Assembly (NCBI GenBank): GCA_951406725.2
Contig: OX597835.1
Span: 31,000,001-31,064,000, forward strand
Origin: Octopus vulgaris
Lineage: Eukaryota
Reading direction: 5' to 3'
Length of the DNA stretch: 64,000 nucleotides
The position numbers and the translations under genes were made by a program. Below are positions 47,246 through 59,481 of the stretch, piece by piece. Position 1 is the stretch's first letter; every line of letters starts with the position of its first letter. The notes beneath the pieces are model-generated. The model worked only from the letters and a program-made list of their open reading frames with translations, made no database searches and was not told where the DNA came from.

Positions 47246-47642
47246 AGGAGTCGTGGCTGTGTAGTAAGAAGTTTGCTTCCCAACCAAATGGTTCCGTGTT
47301 CAGTCCTAATGCGTGCCACCTTGGGCAAGAGTCTTTTACTATAGCCTCTGGCCGACCAAATACCTGTGAGTGGATCTGGTAGACGAAAATTGCGTGTGCG
47401 TGTGTGCGCGCGCGAGCGTGTGTGTGTATTTGTGTGTGTGTGTGTTTGTGTCTGTTTGTCCCCTACAATCTCTTGACAACCGATGTTGGTGTGTTTACGT
47501 CCCCGTAACACTTGCGGTTCGGCAAATGAAGCCGTTATATTAATTGTAAGGCTTACAAAGAACAAATCCTCTATTCTATTTGTTCGACTAAAAGCGGTGC
47601 TCCAGCAAGGCCGTCGTCAAATAGACTAAGCAAATAAAAGAA
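47246..47642 (+). mobile_element. SINE family A, diverged full length
   Basis: Head, core, internal (TG)n and tail all present. Confidence 0.85.
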
Positions 47643-47939
47643 TACATACATATGTGATTGGGTGTTTACACATGATATTCCGAGTGTATAATTGTATGTG
47701 TGCATATGTGTGAGTGTGTGTGTGTTTGGGTGGTTTCGTGTGTGTATGTGTGTGTGCATACTTACACACACACACACACACATACACAAACACATACACA
47801 CACACATGCATGCTACTGGTTGGGGAAGAAGCAACAATAACAATAACAAAAAACTCTTCATTAAAGTTCTTTAAATGTTCTGAGACAGCTTACTCCGCCA
47901 AAGACAGCAGCAAGAATGACCACGGCAGCGACAGCAATA

Positions 47940-48600
47940 ACATCGTCAACATCACCGACTTGATTTTCATCATCATCATCATCATCATTATCATCATTAT
48001 CGTGGTGGTGCTGGTGGTGGTGGTGGTGGTCATAGTCGTCGTCGTCATTGTTGTCGTCGTCGTCATTATCATTATCGTCATCATCAACATCATCATCATC
48101 ATCATCGTCATTTCCATCACGAATTTCTTCGTTGTCCCTCATCATCATCATCATCATCATCACGAACATCACCGCCGACTCCTCCACAACCATCACCACC
48201 ACCACCGCCGCCAACACCACCACCACCTCCTTCACCGCCATCATCACAACAACAACCACTACGACGACCACCACCGCCGCCGCCTCCCCCTCCACCACCA
48301 TCATCACAAACACCATCACCACCACTTTCACTATCACCGTCACTGCCAAGTCCACTAACGCTATTGCCATCAGCACCTTCATAATCATCATCATCAACAT
48401 CAGTATCATCATCAGCGTTGTCGTCATCGTCGCCGGTTTCCTCGTCGTCATTATCATCATCATCCTCCTCGTCGTCGTCGTCATTATCGTCATCATCTCC
48501 TTCCTCCCGTCCTACTCCTCTTCCTCCTCCACCTCCACGTCATCTTCATCTTCTACATTATCATCACATTCACTAGCAAGGGCAAAGAGCATCAACTTAG

Positions 48601-48654
<54 letters not shown>

Positions 48655-48687
48655 CCACCATCTTCATCATCATCATCATCATCGTCG

Positions 48688-48726
<39 letters not shown>

Positions 48727-48734
48727 CCACCATC

Positions 48735-48765
<31 letters not shown>

Positions 48766-48967
48766 GCATCTTCATCATCATCATCATCGTCATCATCATC
48801 GTCATCATCGTCATCATCATCATCATCATCATCATCATCACCATCTTCATCATCATCATCATCGTCATCATCATCGTCATCATCGTCATCATCATCATCA
48901 TCATCATCATCACCATCTTCATCATCATCATCATCGTCATCATCATCGTCATCATCGTCATCATCAA

Positions 48968-49023
<56 letters not shown>

Positions 49024-49236
49024 ACATCACAATCAATATCACCGTCATCACCATCATCGCCATCACCATCATCGTCATCATCAAGAAGAGCAGTGAAAAA
49101 CACATTTACAACAACCACAACAACAGCAACAACAGCAGCAACAACTAAATAAGAAAATAAATAACTAAAGAAAGAAAGAAAGAAAGAAAGGAAGATAGAA
49201 AAAAGAAAGAAGGAAAAAGAAAGAAAGAAAGAACGA

Positions 49237-49290
<54 letters not shown>
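47940..49290. repeat. (ATC)n/(ACC)n block with higher-order structure, then (AAAG)n
   Basis: Directly visible. Confidence 0.92.
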
Positions 49291-49291
<1 letters not shown>

Positions 49292-50884
49292 GAGGAAACC
49301 GGCTCTGCATCATGCGCGGGAACCATATGTGTGGGTATTACCGCGTTATCGTCGTGATTCAATTAGCTTGTTTCGGGGGATAGAGAAGAGGGGTGAGGAT
49401 GGGGTGGCGGGTACGGGTACGGGCGGAGTAGGGGTGGGGAATGGAAGGCTGAATGTAAGGTGGAGAGGAGGAGAGGGGAGAAGCGAGCGGAAAAGAGAAA
49501 GTCTTTTTAGGGAGACAGACTGACAGACAGACAGAGAGACTGACAGGAAGACAGAACATGGCCGATGGATTTTAATGATAGACAGATAGACACGGACCGA
49601 CGAACCAGTGTGTATGTATGCGAGCATCCATGTTTGTATGTATGTTTGTGTATGTATATATGTATGTTTTTATGTATGTATGCATACATGTATGTATATA
49701 TGTGCATATATATATATGTATGTACATACACATACATTTATATATATATATATATATATATACATACATGAATATATATATGCATATATACATCAATATA
49801 TACACATATGTGTGTGTATATATGTATGTATGTTTATATGTATGTATGTGTGTAAGTATGTGTGTGTGTATAAGTGAGAGTTTGGTAGACAGATACATTG
49901 TAAAAGAATATGTACAGTTGTGTATGTGTTTGAGTATATATATGTATGTGTGTGTGTGTGTGTGTATGTGTGTGTGTCTCACTCTCTCTCTCTCTCTCTC
50001 TCCATATATATATATATACATATACAGAGAGAGAGTGGAGAGAGAGCGAGAGAGAAGAGAGAGAGACACGAATATATACATATGCATACATACGTGTGTT
50101 CTTGATTGAAAAAGAGAAGGAATGAGTGAAAGGGAGTGGGATGATGTACAGAGAGAGAGACACACACACAGAGAGACAGAGAGAGAGAGAGAGACGGAAG
50201 ACAGACAGAGACAGAGAGTGAGAAAGAGGGAGAGATAAAGAATGAGAGAAAGAGACAGATGTGTATTAATATTCAGTGTTAGACAAGTGAGGATTGGAGA
50301 TTAATCCGTACAAGACAACGAAAGGCATGACGGGAACGACAATTTCAGCAGACGACCGTCGGATGGCCAGTCATAAATTCCAAATTGTTTTCTTTAAAAC
50401 AATCATTTTCTACTTTGTCAAAACATTACATCTTTATTTTCCTTCTTCTCCTTCTCTCCTTTCGTATTTCTTCCTTTCATTCTTTATTCTCTCTTGATTT
50501 CTTTTTCTTCCTCTCTCTTTCGTTCGTTGATTTATTCATTCGTTGTTCGGTCCTCCATTTATTTTTTCTTATTTTATTTCATTCTCTTAATCTCCATCCT
50601 GTCTTTTTACAACTGTTTCATTGAATTTTTATTCATTCTCCGACCGTTTCTTTTTATCTTCTTCCTATTTCCTTAATTCTTTCATTAATTCTTTCTCCTG
50701 GTTTTGCTTTGTTTCACTGTTTCGAATTCTTGTTTTTTCCGTTCTGTCTTTCTATTTTTTTTCTTTGCTTCCTGTTCTCTCCCTCTCTTACTTCACCATA
50801 TTTTTCTCTCTTACCGCATCTCTTTCTCCCTTATACCCTTTTTCTCGCTCTTGCCTCATTTCTGTCTCTCCTGTACCATTTACA

Positions 50885-50921
<37 letters not shown>

Positions 50922-50966
50922 CTTTCTCTCACACACTCTCTCTCTCTCTCCTATGCCATATCTCTA

Positions 50967-51018
<52 letters not shown>

Positions 51019-51277
51019 CTCTCAGCTTTATCTTTTCTTTCTCTCTTTTTCTCTTGGCCGATCTCTCTCTCACTCTTTCCTTTTACTTTTCTCACTTATT
51101 TTCGTTCTGTCTTTCTCTTCTTGTGTCTCTCTTTCTCGCCTCATCTCTCTCTCTCTATAATCTCTCTGCTCTATACATTTTCTCTTTCACTTCATCTCTC
51201 CCTCATTCGCATCACTTCTCTCACTCTATCACCTGTAATACATCCATATACTTCTTAAATCTAACGGAAAGGAATCG

Positions 51278-51475
51278 ATGGCTTCGTTGGTGCAATCGGC
51301 CTGTTTAGTAGCATTTCACCCCTCTTTATGTTCTGAGATTAAATCCCGCCCAGGTCAGCTTTGTCTTTCATCCATTTCAGGGGGGGGGGCGATAAAGCAA
51401 GTATCAACTGAACACCGAAGCCGATGTAATCGACTGGACCCTTCTACAATCTTTCAGGCTTTGTGCTTGTAGTAG
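51278..51475 (+). mobile_element. SINE family B, highly degenerate
   Basis: TGTTCTGAGATTAAATCCCGCC...CTTTCATCC...CGATGTAATCGACT. Confidence 0.6.
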
Positions 51476-51616
51476 TATGGCACAAAAAAGATTTTAGGTT
51501 GTCAGATGAATTTGTTTTGTTTCTTTCTTTCCTTCTTTTGCAATCTTTGTACGACTGACGATTAAAAAAAAATATTAGATTTGAAATCCGATAAACAAAA
51601 GATTTAGAGGACAAGT

Positions 51617-51617
51617 T

Positions 51618-51675
<58 letters not shown>

Positions 51676-51809
51676 TAGTAGTAGCAGTAGTAGTAGCAGT
51701 AGTAGTAGTGTTAGTAGTAGTAGTAGTAGTAGTAGTGGTAGTAGTAGTAGTAGCAGCAGTAGTAGTAGTAGTAGCAGTAGTAGTAGCAGCAGCAGAAGTA
51801 GTAGAAATG

Positions 51810-51845
<36 letters not shown>

Positions 51846-51965
51846 ATGTTAGTAGTAGTAGTAATGGTAGTAATAGTAGTAGTAATAGTAGTAGTAATGG
51901 TAGTAGTAATGGTAGTAGTAATGGTAGTAGTAGTAGTAGTAGTAGCAGCAGCAGCAGCAGTAGCT
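51617..51965. repeat. (AGT)n microsatellite
   Basis: Directly visible. Confidence 0.95.
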
Positions 51966-51994
51966 ATTGTAGTATTTGTATGGGGAAATGTGTT

Positions 51995-52325
51995 GTAACA
52001 GCATTCACCATTCGTTGTGATTCCCTATTTCTCACGGCGTCTGATCCCCCTTGCATCCCTCCGGCAACGACCCTCCAACCCCTGGGTCTGGTTACGCAGC
52101 CGTGGCTGTTGAGGGTTTTACGAGGTCGGGAAGTACAGATCCCATCTCGACCTCTTTTGTTGACTTTTACAATAAGCACAAGAAACGCCGGTTCTATTCT
52201 TTCACATACCGATCCCGCCCCCCGAACAACACCAGATCCTATTGAAATGATGTGTTCTGCTCAAAGGTAAAGCACGCTGGATCTAACCACTATGAGGGCA
52301 GCACTCTAACTGCTAGGCCATGCAC
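51995..52325 (-). mobile_element. Possible fourth SINE family, degenerate
   Basis: The minus strand begins GTGCATGGCCTAGCAGTTAGAGTGCTG (A-box-like); single copy in the window. Confidence 0.4.
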
Positions 52326-52339
52326 TTTCAATGAACCCG

Positions 52340-52766
52340 CAAAGGTTGTCATAAAACACTAAGTAAAAAAAATTACTTTTTGAGTTAATTCAAATAACTC
52401 TAACATCAACAGGGGTCGAAAATGTATAGAAAAAACGAACGAATTTATCTCACAAACTAATCGACCCGCAGAACGTTATAAAGCTCTACGAATATATTTA
52501 TTTTTTGTTCTAATTCGAATAACATTATATAGGTTTAAAATTGAAGAGAAAAACGAACCGATTTATCTGACAAGCCAGACCCACAAAAAAGTTATGAAAC
52601 AGGCGCAGGAGTTGCTAGGTGGTAAGTAGCTTGCTTACCAACCACATGGCACTGGGTTCAGTCCCACTGCGTGGCATCTTGGGCAAGTGTCTTCCACTAT
52701 AGCCTCGGGCCGACCAAAGCCTTGTGAGTGGATTTGGTAGACGGAAACTCAAAGAAGCCCGTCGTA

Positions 52767-52825
<59 letters not shown>

Positions 52826-53280
52826 ATGTTTGTGTGTTTGTTGTCCCCCTAGCATTGCTTGACAACCGATGCTGGCGCGTTCATGTCCCCGTAACTTAAC
52901 AGTTCGGCAAAAGAGACCGATAGAATAAGTACTGGGCTTACAAAGAATAAGTCCTGGGGTCGATTTGCTCGACTAAAGTCGGTGCTCCAGCATGGCCGCA
53001 GTCAAATGACTGAAACAAATAAAAAAGTAAAAATATAAAAGTAAAAACAATACAAAAAAAATTTACTCTTTGTGCTAATTCGAATAACATTAAAAAGGGT
53101 TAAAAAATAAATTGGAAAAACAAAACGTATGGATTTATCTGACAAACTAACAGACACAAAATTCATAAAACACTACGAGAGAAAAAAATTGTCGTTTTCT
53201 ACTAAACCAAAACTTCAAAAAGGGATAAAAACGAATCGAAAGAAACGAACGGATTTATCTGACAATCTAATATCAATAGT
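52340..53280 (+). repeat. ~120-bp degenerate tandem array interrupted by a SINE
   Basis: AAACGAAC-G-ATTTATCT-ACAA at ~52432, ~52551, ~53123 and ~53243. Confidence 0.75.
52602..53025 (+). mobile_element. SINE family A, full length
   Basis: Complete head to tail. Confidence 0.92.
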
Positions 53281-53677
53281 CAATTCGTTAAGAACGGAAC
53301 CAATTAGCTAAATGATTATTTCAGTTGTCGTTCTGTCAATTAGTCGCTGGTATGTCACTGGTGAGGTCACAAACGGCGACGAAGAGAAATTGACAAGCTC
53401 AAATGATTGATTACGTGATTCTATGATTGGCTAAAAGATTAATCAAACAGCCTTAATCTTCATGCAGTTAACCTTTAGGGAGCAAATGCGTAAGGTACAC
53501 TTTCACATTTCGTGTCTCTGACTCTTCCTCCATCTCACGACTTCGTATTCGCCTCCATTTGCTTGAACTAAATTGTGTTACATAAACTCAGACACAAATA
53601 CATATATATACATATATTTATATATACATATACACGTGTATATATACATATATATTTACTTACACAAACACACATAC

Positions 53678-53744
<67 letters not shown>

Positions 53745-53748
<4 letters not shown>

Positions 53749-54052
53749 TAGATAAACTTAGATATGCTTCGACCAAAGATTGGTTCAGGCCATGTCTAAC
53801 TTAATAGCACCACCTGATAGGATTATTCGAATCCTGTTTAAGTCAAGTTTTGTTTAAGTCAAGTTTTGTTCAAGTAGTGAGTTCTTGTTGGGTGAGTTGT
53901 ATCCAATTGTGGGTGGCTTATCTGGTATTCTTTGAAGGAATCTATCCAGACTCCGTTTAAAGTTGATGGGATCCTTTTCCTCTTTGATCTCCCTCGGGAC
54001 AATGTTAAATAGGACAGGGCCTGTTGAGGAAAAGAAATTATGTTGCAGTGTA
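53745..54052 (-). mobile_element. 5'-truncated CR1/L2-group-like LINE 3' end
   Basis: Peptide LQHNFFSSTGPVLFNIVPREIKEEKDPINFKRSLDRFLQRIPDKP...NSLLE, short 3' UTR and (ATCTAAGTTT)2 tail. Confidence 0.75.
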
Positions 54053-54316
54053 CATGTATATATATATGTATGTATGTATGTATGTACGTACGTATATGAG
54101 GGCAAGTCAATATTTATTCGCATCTTCGCCATAACATATATTTATTATTGTCACAATGCCTTCTGCGGACGCATGCGTACGTATAGTTGGTACTATTATG
54201 GTCACGTGATCGAATTTTGAGCCCGTTATATTAATACCAGTGAAACACTGAGGTCGATGCAATCGACTAGTCCCCTTCCTAAAAATTTCAAGCATTGTGT
54301 CTTTGGTTTGAAAGAT

Positions 54317-54368
<52 letters not shown>

Positions 54369-54452
54369 GTCGTGATCATTGTTGTCATCATCATCATTAT
54401 CATCATGAACATCATCATCCTTATTCTTATTGTTGTTTTATGTTCTTTTTAC

Positions 54453-54491
<39 letters not shown>

Positions 54492-55438
54492 CATCATCAT
54501 CATCATTGTTATTATTACTCTTTATTTGTATGCATAGGATTTGTGCGGGGTGGGGGGAGTGAGTTCTCAAAGATGATGGGGACTAAGCGGACAGAAGGCC
54601 CTGTCAATTTGATGTGTCATCAGTCGTTTCTGCCAAACAACTATCTGCTCTCCGACAGAATTTCTGACTCTGCGAGAGAAACATTTTCATGTTGGAAATT
54701 CACTCAACTGAAAAAGAACAGATTTTTCCTACCTTACTTTCACTTTCAGTTTTACTACTAAGAATATTCTTTCTACATTTATTTATATATTTATCATATT
54801 ACCAGATTTTCTAACCCCTGCCTTCCATCAACCACTTCCTCCTCTTGCCGTCACTCATTCGTCTCCAGGCCTCATTCATCCGCTCTTTCCTCCTCCTCTT
54901 TCCCCGCCTTTACTTCCTTCTTCTCCCTTTCTTCAGCCGTTTCTAGTTTCTCTCATTTGCTTCCTATTCAATTGTCGTTCCCTTATCCGTCCAATTGTAA
55001 AGTAGAGAACTACGCCAAATGAAAATATTTTCCTAGTTGAGTCTAATTCATTTAGACTTCGAATGATCAAGCAAAAGGCATGGAAGTCGTAAATTCGCAG
55101 TCATTTTCCTCCTCTATAAATTCATAACCCTGCATTTAATTATAAGCTATCTTTTTCCTTCGGTTTCAATTTGATTCGGAAGATTTTTTTTGTTTTGTTT
55201 TTGTGGCTGTTGTTGTTGCTATTGATATTTGTTGTGGTGGTGTATATGATCTTTCTCTGTTTCCAGATTTCGTTTCTCCTACATATTCCTAACTCATGCA
55301 TGTCTGTGCGTGTATATATATATATATATATATATATATTGTATATACATATATAGAGAGAGATACATATACACATATATGTATATATACATATATGTAT
55401 ATATATTATTATTATTGTTGTTGTTGTTATTATTATTA

Positions 55439-55508
<70 letters not shown>

Positions 55509-55719
55509 GGCGAGCTGGCTGAATCGTTAGCACGCCGGGCGAAATTAATAGTGGTATTTCGTCTGCCGCTACGTTCTGAGTTCAAATTCCGCCGAGGTCG
55601 ACTTTGCCTTTCATCTTTTAAGGCTCGAAAAATTAAGTACCAGCTGAACACTGGGACAATGTAACCGACTCATCCTTTCCCCGCAAAATTGCTGCACTTG
55701 TGGCAAGAATTTGAAACCA
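55509..55719 (+). mobile_element. SINE family B, full length
   Basis: GGCGAGCTGGCTGAATCGTTAGCACGCCGGGCGAAA...GTGGCAAGAATTTGAAACC. Confidence 0.9.
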
Positions 55720-56154
55720 TTTTGCTCACTTTTCTCTTCCTTTCTATTGTAGATTCCCTCCTCTCTATTGCCACTTCTCATTTCAACTCTTTCCCTCTCT
55801 ATCACCTTCTCTATCTTGTCCATTCCATTATTCCTTTCTCTTTTTTCTTTCCCCGCTTCTCTCTTGTAACTCTTTCAAATATTATACTTCATCCTAATCT
55901 TCGCAAGTATCCGTTTATTTCTATAGATTTTTGTCTACTTAACATCTCTCTTTCCCTTGCCCGCTCCTCCTTAGCCTCTTTCTTTCTCTTTCTCCAATTC
56001 CTCATCTTTATTTCACCTCTATTTTCTCATTTAACTTTATTTAGCTGTTTCCATTTTTTTTTATTTTTTGGTAGTACTGTTTTTGTTAGGATTAGGGTTA
56101 GGGTTTAACCCTTGACTAGATTTCATTAAAGCTGTTTCGCTTAGATCCATTGTC

Positions 56155-56380
56155 TATGTATGTATGTATGTATGTATGTATGTATGTATGTATGTATGTA
56201 TGTATGTATGTATGTATGTATGTATCTATCTATCTATCTATTTATCTACATATCTATCTATCTTTTTATCTGTCTGTCTGCCTATATGTCTGTCTGTGTA
56301 GCTATCTATATATCTATCTGTCTGTCTATCTATCTCTGTCTCTGTCTCTCTCTCTCTCTCTCTATTTACCTATCTGTCTG

Positions 56381-56451
<71 letters not shown>

Positions 56452-56571
56452 GTCTATCTGTCTGCCTGTCTATATGACTGTCTGTGTATCTATCCATCTA
56501 TCTATCCATCTGTCTGTCTATCTATCTCTGTCTGTCTGTCCGTCTCTCTCTCTCTCTCTCACTCTATTTAC

Positions 56572-56640
<69 letters not shown>

Positions 56641-56823
56641 CATCTATCTATCCATCTGTCTGTCTATCTATCTCTGTCTGTCTGTCCGTCTCTCTCTCTC
56701 TCTCCTATTTACCTATCTATCTATATATATATATATATATATACTGTCTGTGTATATATCTATCTATCCATCTGTCTGTCTATCTATCTCTGTCTGTCTG
56801 TCCGTCTCTCTCTCTCTCTCTCA

Positions 56824-56900
<77 letters not shown>
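56155..56900. repeat. (TATG)n, (TATC)n, (TGTC)n compound repeat with a higher-order unit
   Basis: TATCCATCTGTCTGTCTATCTATCTCTGTCTGTCTGTCCGTCTCTCTC recurs three times. Confidence 0.9.
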
Positions 56901-56907
<7 letters not shown>

Positions 56908-56996
56908 ATATTTATATATATGTCTGTCTGACTTCTGTCACTCTCTTTGTCTGCCTGCGTGTCTCCCTAAATGGACACAGAAAAAATTCATTGCAT

Positions 56997-57162
56997 AAAA
57001 ACATTCTAAAATCTCAAAAATAGTAGAAAGTATAAATTTGCAGAATCCCTTCTAATCACAAAACGCATAAAACCAATTGGAAAAAACATTCTAAAATCTC
57101 AAAAATAGTAGAAAGTTAAGCAGAACATTCTAATCACAAAACGCAAACGACAATTGGAAAAC
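56997..57162 (+). repeat. Two-copy tandem duplication of ~80-86 bp
   Basis: AAAACATTCTAAAATCTCAAAAATAGTAGAAAGT...TTCTAATCACAAAACGCA...CAATTGGAAAA occurs twice. Confidence 0.9.
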
Positions 57163-57464
57163 ACCTTATTACAATAAAAGCACAGAGACTGTAATCCACG
57201 AAGATAAGTCAAGAGTCACCAACGCAATAAATAAGAACAACGCAAAAAACTTACACTTTACAGCTACGAAACACTGGCCATTATAAAATCAACCAAAAGA
57301 TGCACAAATAAAATATATAAATAAAGTGATTGTGAGTAAGGTTTGAAGATCGTAGCATCTAAGAATAAAAAGTCATGACGTGACTTTCAGCAATAACGGA
57401 TCATCTCATGCCTCAACAGAAACACCTCTGATGAGTAAATGTCATCGAAAAGTAATAACGACAA

Positions 57465-57689
57465 TACTTTTACTTTTACTTGTTTCAGTCATTTGACTGC
57501 GGCCATGCTGGAGCACTGCCTTTAGTCGAGCAAATCGACCCCAGGACTTATTCTTTGGAAGCCTAGTACTTATTCTATCGGCCTCTTTTGCCGAACCGAT
57601 AAGTTACCGGGACGTTAACACACTAGCATCGGTTGTCAACCGATGTTAGGGAGGGGACAAACACAGACACACACATGCATATATATATG

Positions 57690-57752
<63 letters not shown>

Positions 57753-57892
57753 GACGGGCTTCTTTCATTTTCCGTCTACCAAATCCATTCACTAGGCTTT
57801 GGTAGGCCCGAGGCTATAGTAGAAGACACTTGCCCAAGGTGCCACGCAGTGGGACTGAACCTGGAACTATGTGGTTCGTAAGCAAGCTACTT
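57465..57892 (-). mobile_element. SINE family A body; its first ~38 nt are displaced to 60101-60138
   Basis: The sequence stops at GTAAGCAAGCTACTT and resumes after the 2.2-kb insert with ACCACACAGTTACTCCTGCGCC. Confidence 0.92.
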
Positions 57893-58237
57893 TATTTCAT
57901 AACATTTGCCATGAAGGCAGTACATAGAGTAAGTTAGCTTTGCGGGCTGGACGAGGACATTAATGAAGTGAATGATAATGAAAGAAAGATGATGGGGATG
58001 GGGGAAGACAAAAAGCGCCCGCCGACTTCTGCTTCTCTAAAACATTGTTCTTTTAAAAACAAACACAAAACGAGGTATTAAACCTCTTACAATTTTTTCA
58101 ATTTTTGGACTTAGCAGTCCATTACTAATAATAACATAGTTCAATAATTACATATATAAATACAATACACAAAGCCCCTCCTCCCAGACCTGGCTTACAC
58201 TTTCCTTAGGAATGCGCCAGCTCTAGGTCGGGGCCCC

Positions 58238-58748
58238 TCAAGTCGTATCACAATTTGACTCGTCCTCGAAATAACTTGTGTCCGCGCCCTCCACCATCCA
58301 CCACGCCTCCCTCAGGACGTAATCGAGTTCCGAGTTAGCGTCGCCCGGGACCAAGCTATAATCCTCATTGAGCTCCTTCAGCCCAAGCGTCACGTCGAAC
58401 GTCACGGCCTCCACAGCTACCTGCGGAGGCCATTCGGGGTCCTGTGTGAAGGCTAAAGGTGCTCCCTTGTGGTGTTTTTCCATCACCTTTTCGATCTCTC
58501 CGCCTCTATAGAAGAGGATCAATACCTCGTTTTTGCTCGGGTGCGGGATATTCAATTCTTTCGTTGGCGGCACAGTTCCCGCCAACGGTATTTCTTCTCC
58601 TGTCGGTGGCACAACCCCAACCGACGTAGTTCCGGGACATTCCGGTGCTGTCACCGACAGCCGGTAATGTCCCGTTTCTCTTCCTCTTTTTCTTTTTTTC
58701 TTTTCAACTGAGGGAGGGTGCGTCTCCTCCGTGGCCGGATGATTCGCC
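58238..58748 (-). CDS. Probable C-terminal continuation of ORF1 in the -1 frame
   Basis: The frame of ORF 58238-58654 stays open upstream to a TAG near 58750, overlapping ORF1 by ~95 nt; acidic, complex peptide. Confidence 0.55.
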
Positions 58749-59481
58749 TAGTATCCTTTGGTGAGCACCCATTGTTGCTCACCTTCCTCTTTCGGCCTCT
58801 GTTTGAGGAGTCCTCTGCTTCCTCGGCCGTTATCATTCCCTCTTCTACAGGGGTTTCACTTAACTGTTCCGGGATCCTATTTTGTTCCCGGGGACAGTTC
58901 TTCTTTATATGGCCGGACTCCAAGCACCGATGACACTTAGGGGAGCGATCCTCAAGCATCACCGGGTACCTGCACCAGGCCATTTTCAAAAAATCTGGGA
59001 GAACCAGATTGGCTGATTGGGTCCAAAGGGTCAAAATTGCTTTTGACCCAACCAAAGCAGCCACAGGAAGAACTTTTACATTAAGGAGCTTAGTTTCGCT
59101 GCCACCCAGACCCCGGCGGATAGTCTCCTCTATCCACTCGGGATCTATCCCGGGTGGCTGCCCGCAAATCCAAGCTTTCGTCAGTCTCTTCTTTTGGTAC
59201 ATGGGCAGGAATAAAATTTCCTTACCCTCCAGAGGTTTACTTGCAAATTTGCAAGCCTCTTCAGGGATATCAAATAGCAACCACACCGTTGCATATTTGA
59301 CACCCCTGGAAATGAATTTAATTGTTGGCGTCTTTTCAATTGCCGTCTTTTCGAACTGGGCGATGGTGTCGAGTGCCTTGGAGTAGGTTCTCAACACCAC
59401 CGTCCTATCTTCACGGTCTTTTAACATCTTTTTAGGCGGTATGATCTCCCATTCCAAAACTTTGTCATTTTTCATTGCCAT
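58651..59481 (-). CDS. Gag/ORF1-like nucleic-acid-binding protein with CCHC zinc knuckle (Tx1/L1-type)
   Basis: 276-aa ATG-initiated ORF of normal complexity; CHRCLESGHIKKNC = CX2CX4HX4C; basic C-terminal tract. Confidence 0.8.
   Translation of the reverse strand: MAMKNDKVLEWEIIPPKKMLKDREDRTVVLRTYSKALDTIAQFEKTAIEKTPTIKFISRGVKYATVWLLFDIPEEACKFASKPLEGKEILFLPMYQKKRLTKAWICGQPPGIDPEWIEETIRRGLGGSETKLLNVKVLPVAALVGSKAILTLWTQSANLVLPDFLKMAWCRYPVMLEDRSPKCHRCLESGHIKKNCPREQNRIPEQLSETPVEEGMITAEEAEDSSNRGRKRKVSNNGCSPKDTRRIIRPRRRRTLPQLKRKKEKEEEKRDITGCR

Noticed and set aside
48048-49148. 366-aa ORF
   Set aside because: Entirely (ATC/ACC)n low complexity
52340-53280. CRISPR-like regularly spaced motif
   Set aside because: The spacers are homologous to each other, the context is eukaryotic and there are no cas genes; it is a degenerate tandem repeat
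56086-56112. Interstitial telomere (TTAGGG)
   Set aside because: Only about two perfect units, within chance expectation
57426-57460. CTGATGAG...CGAAA hammerhead candidate
   Set aside because: No convincing stem I or stem II pairing
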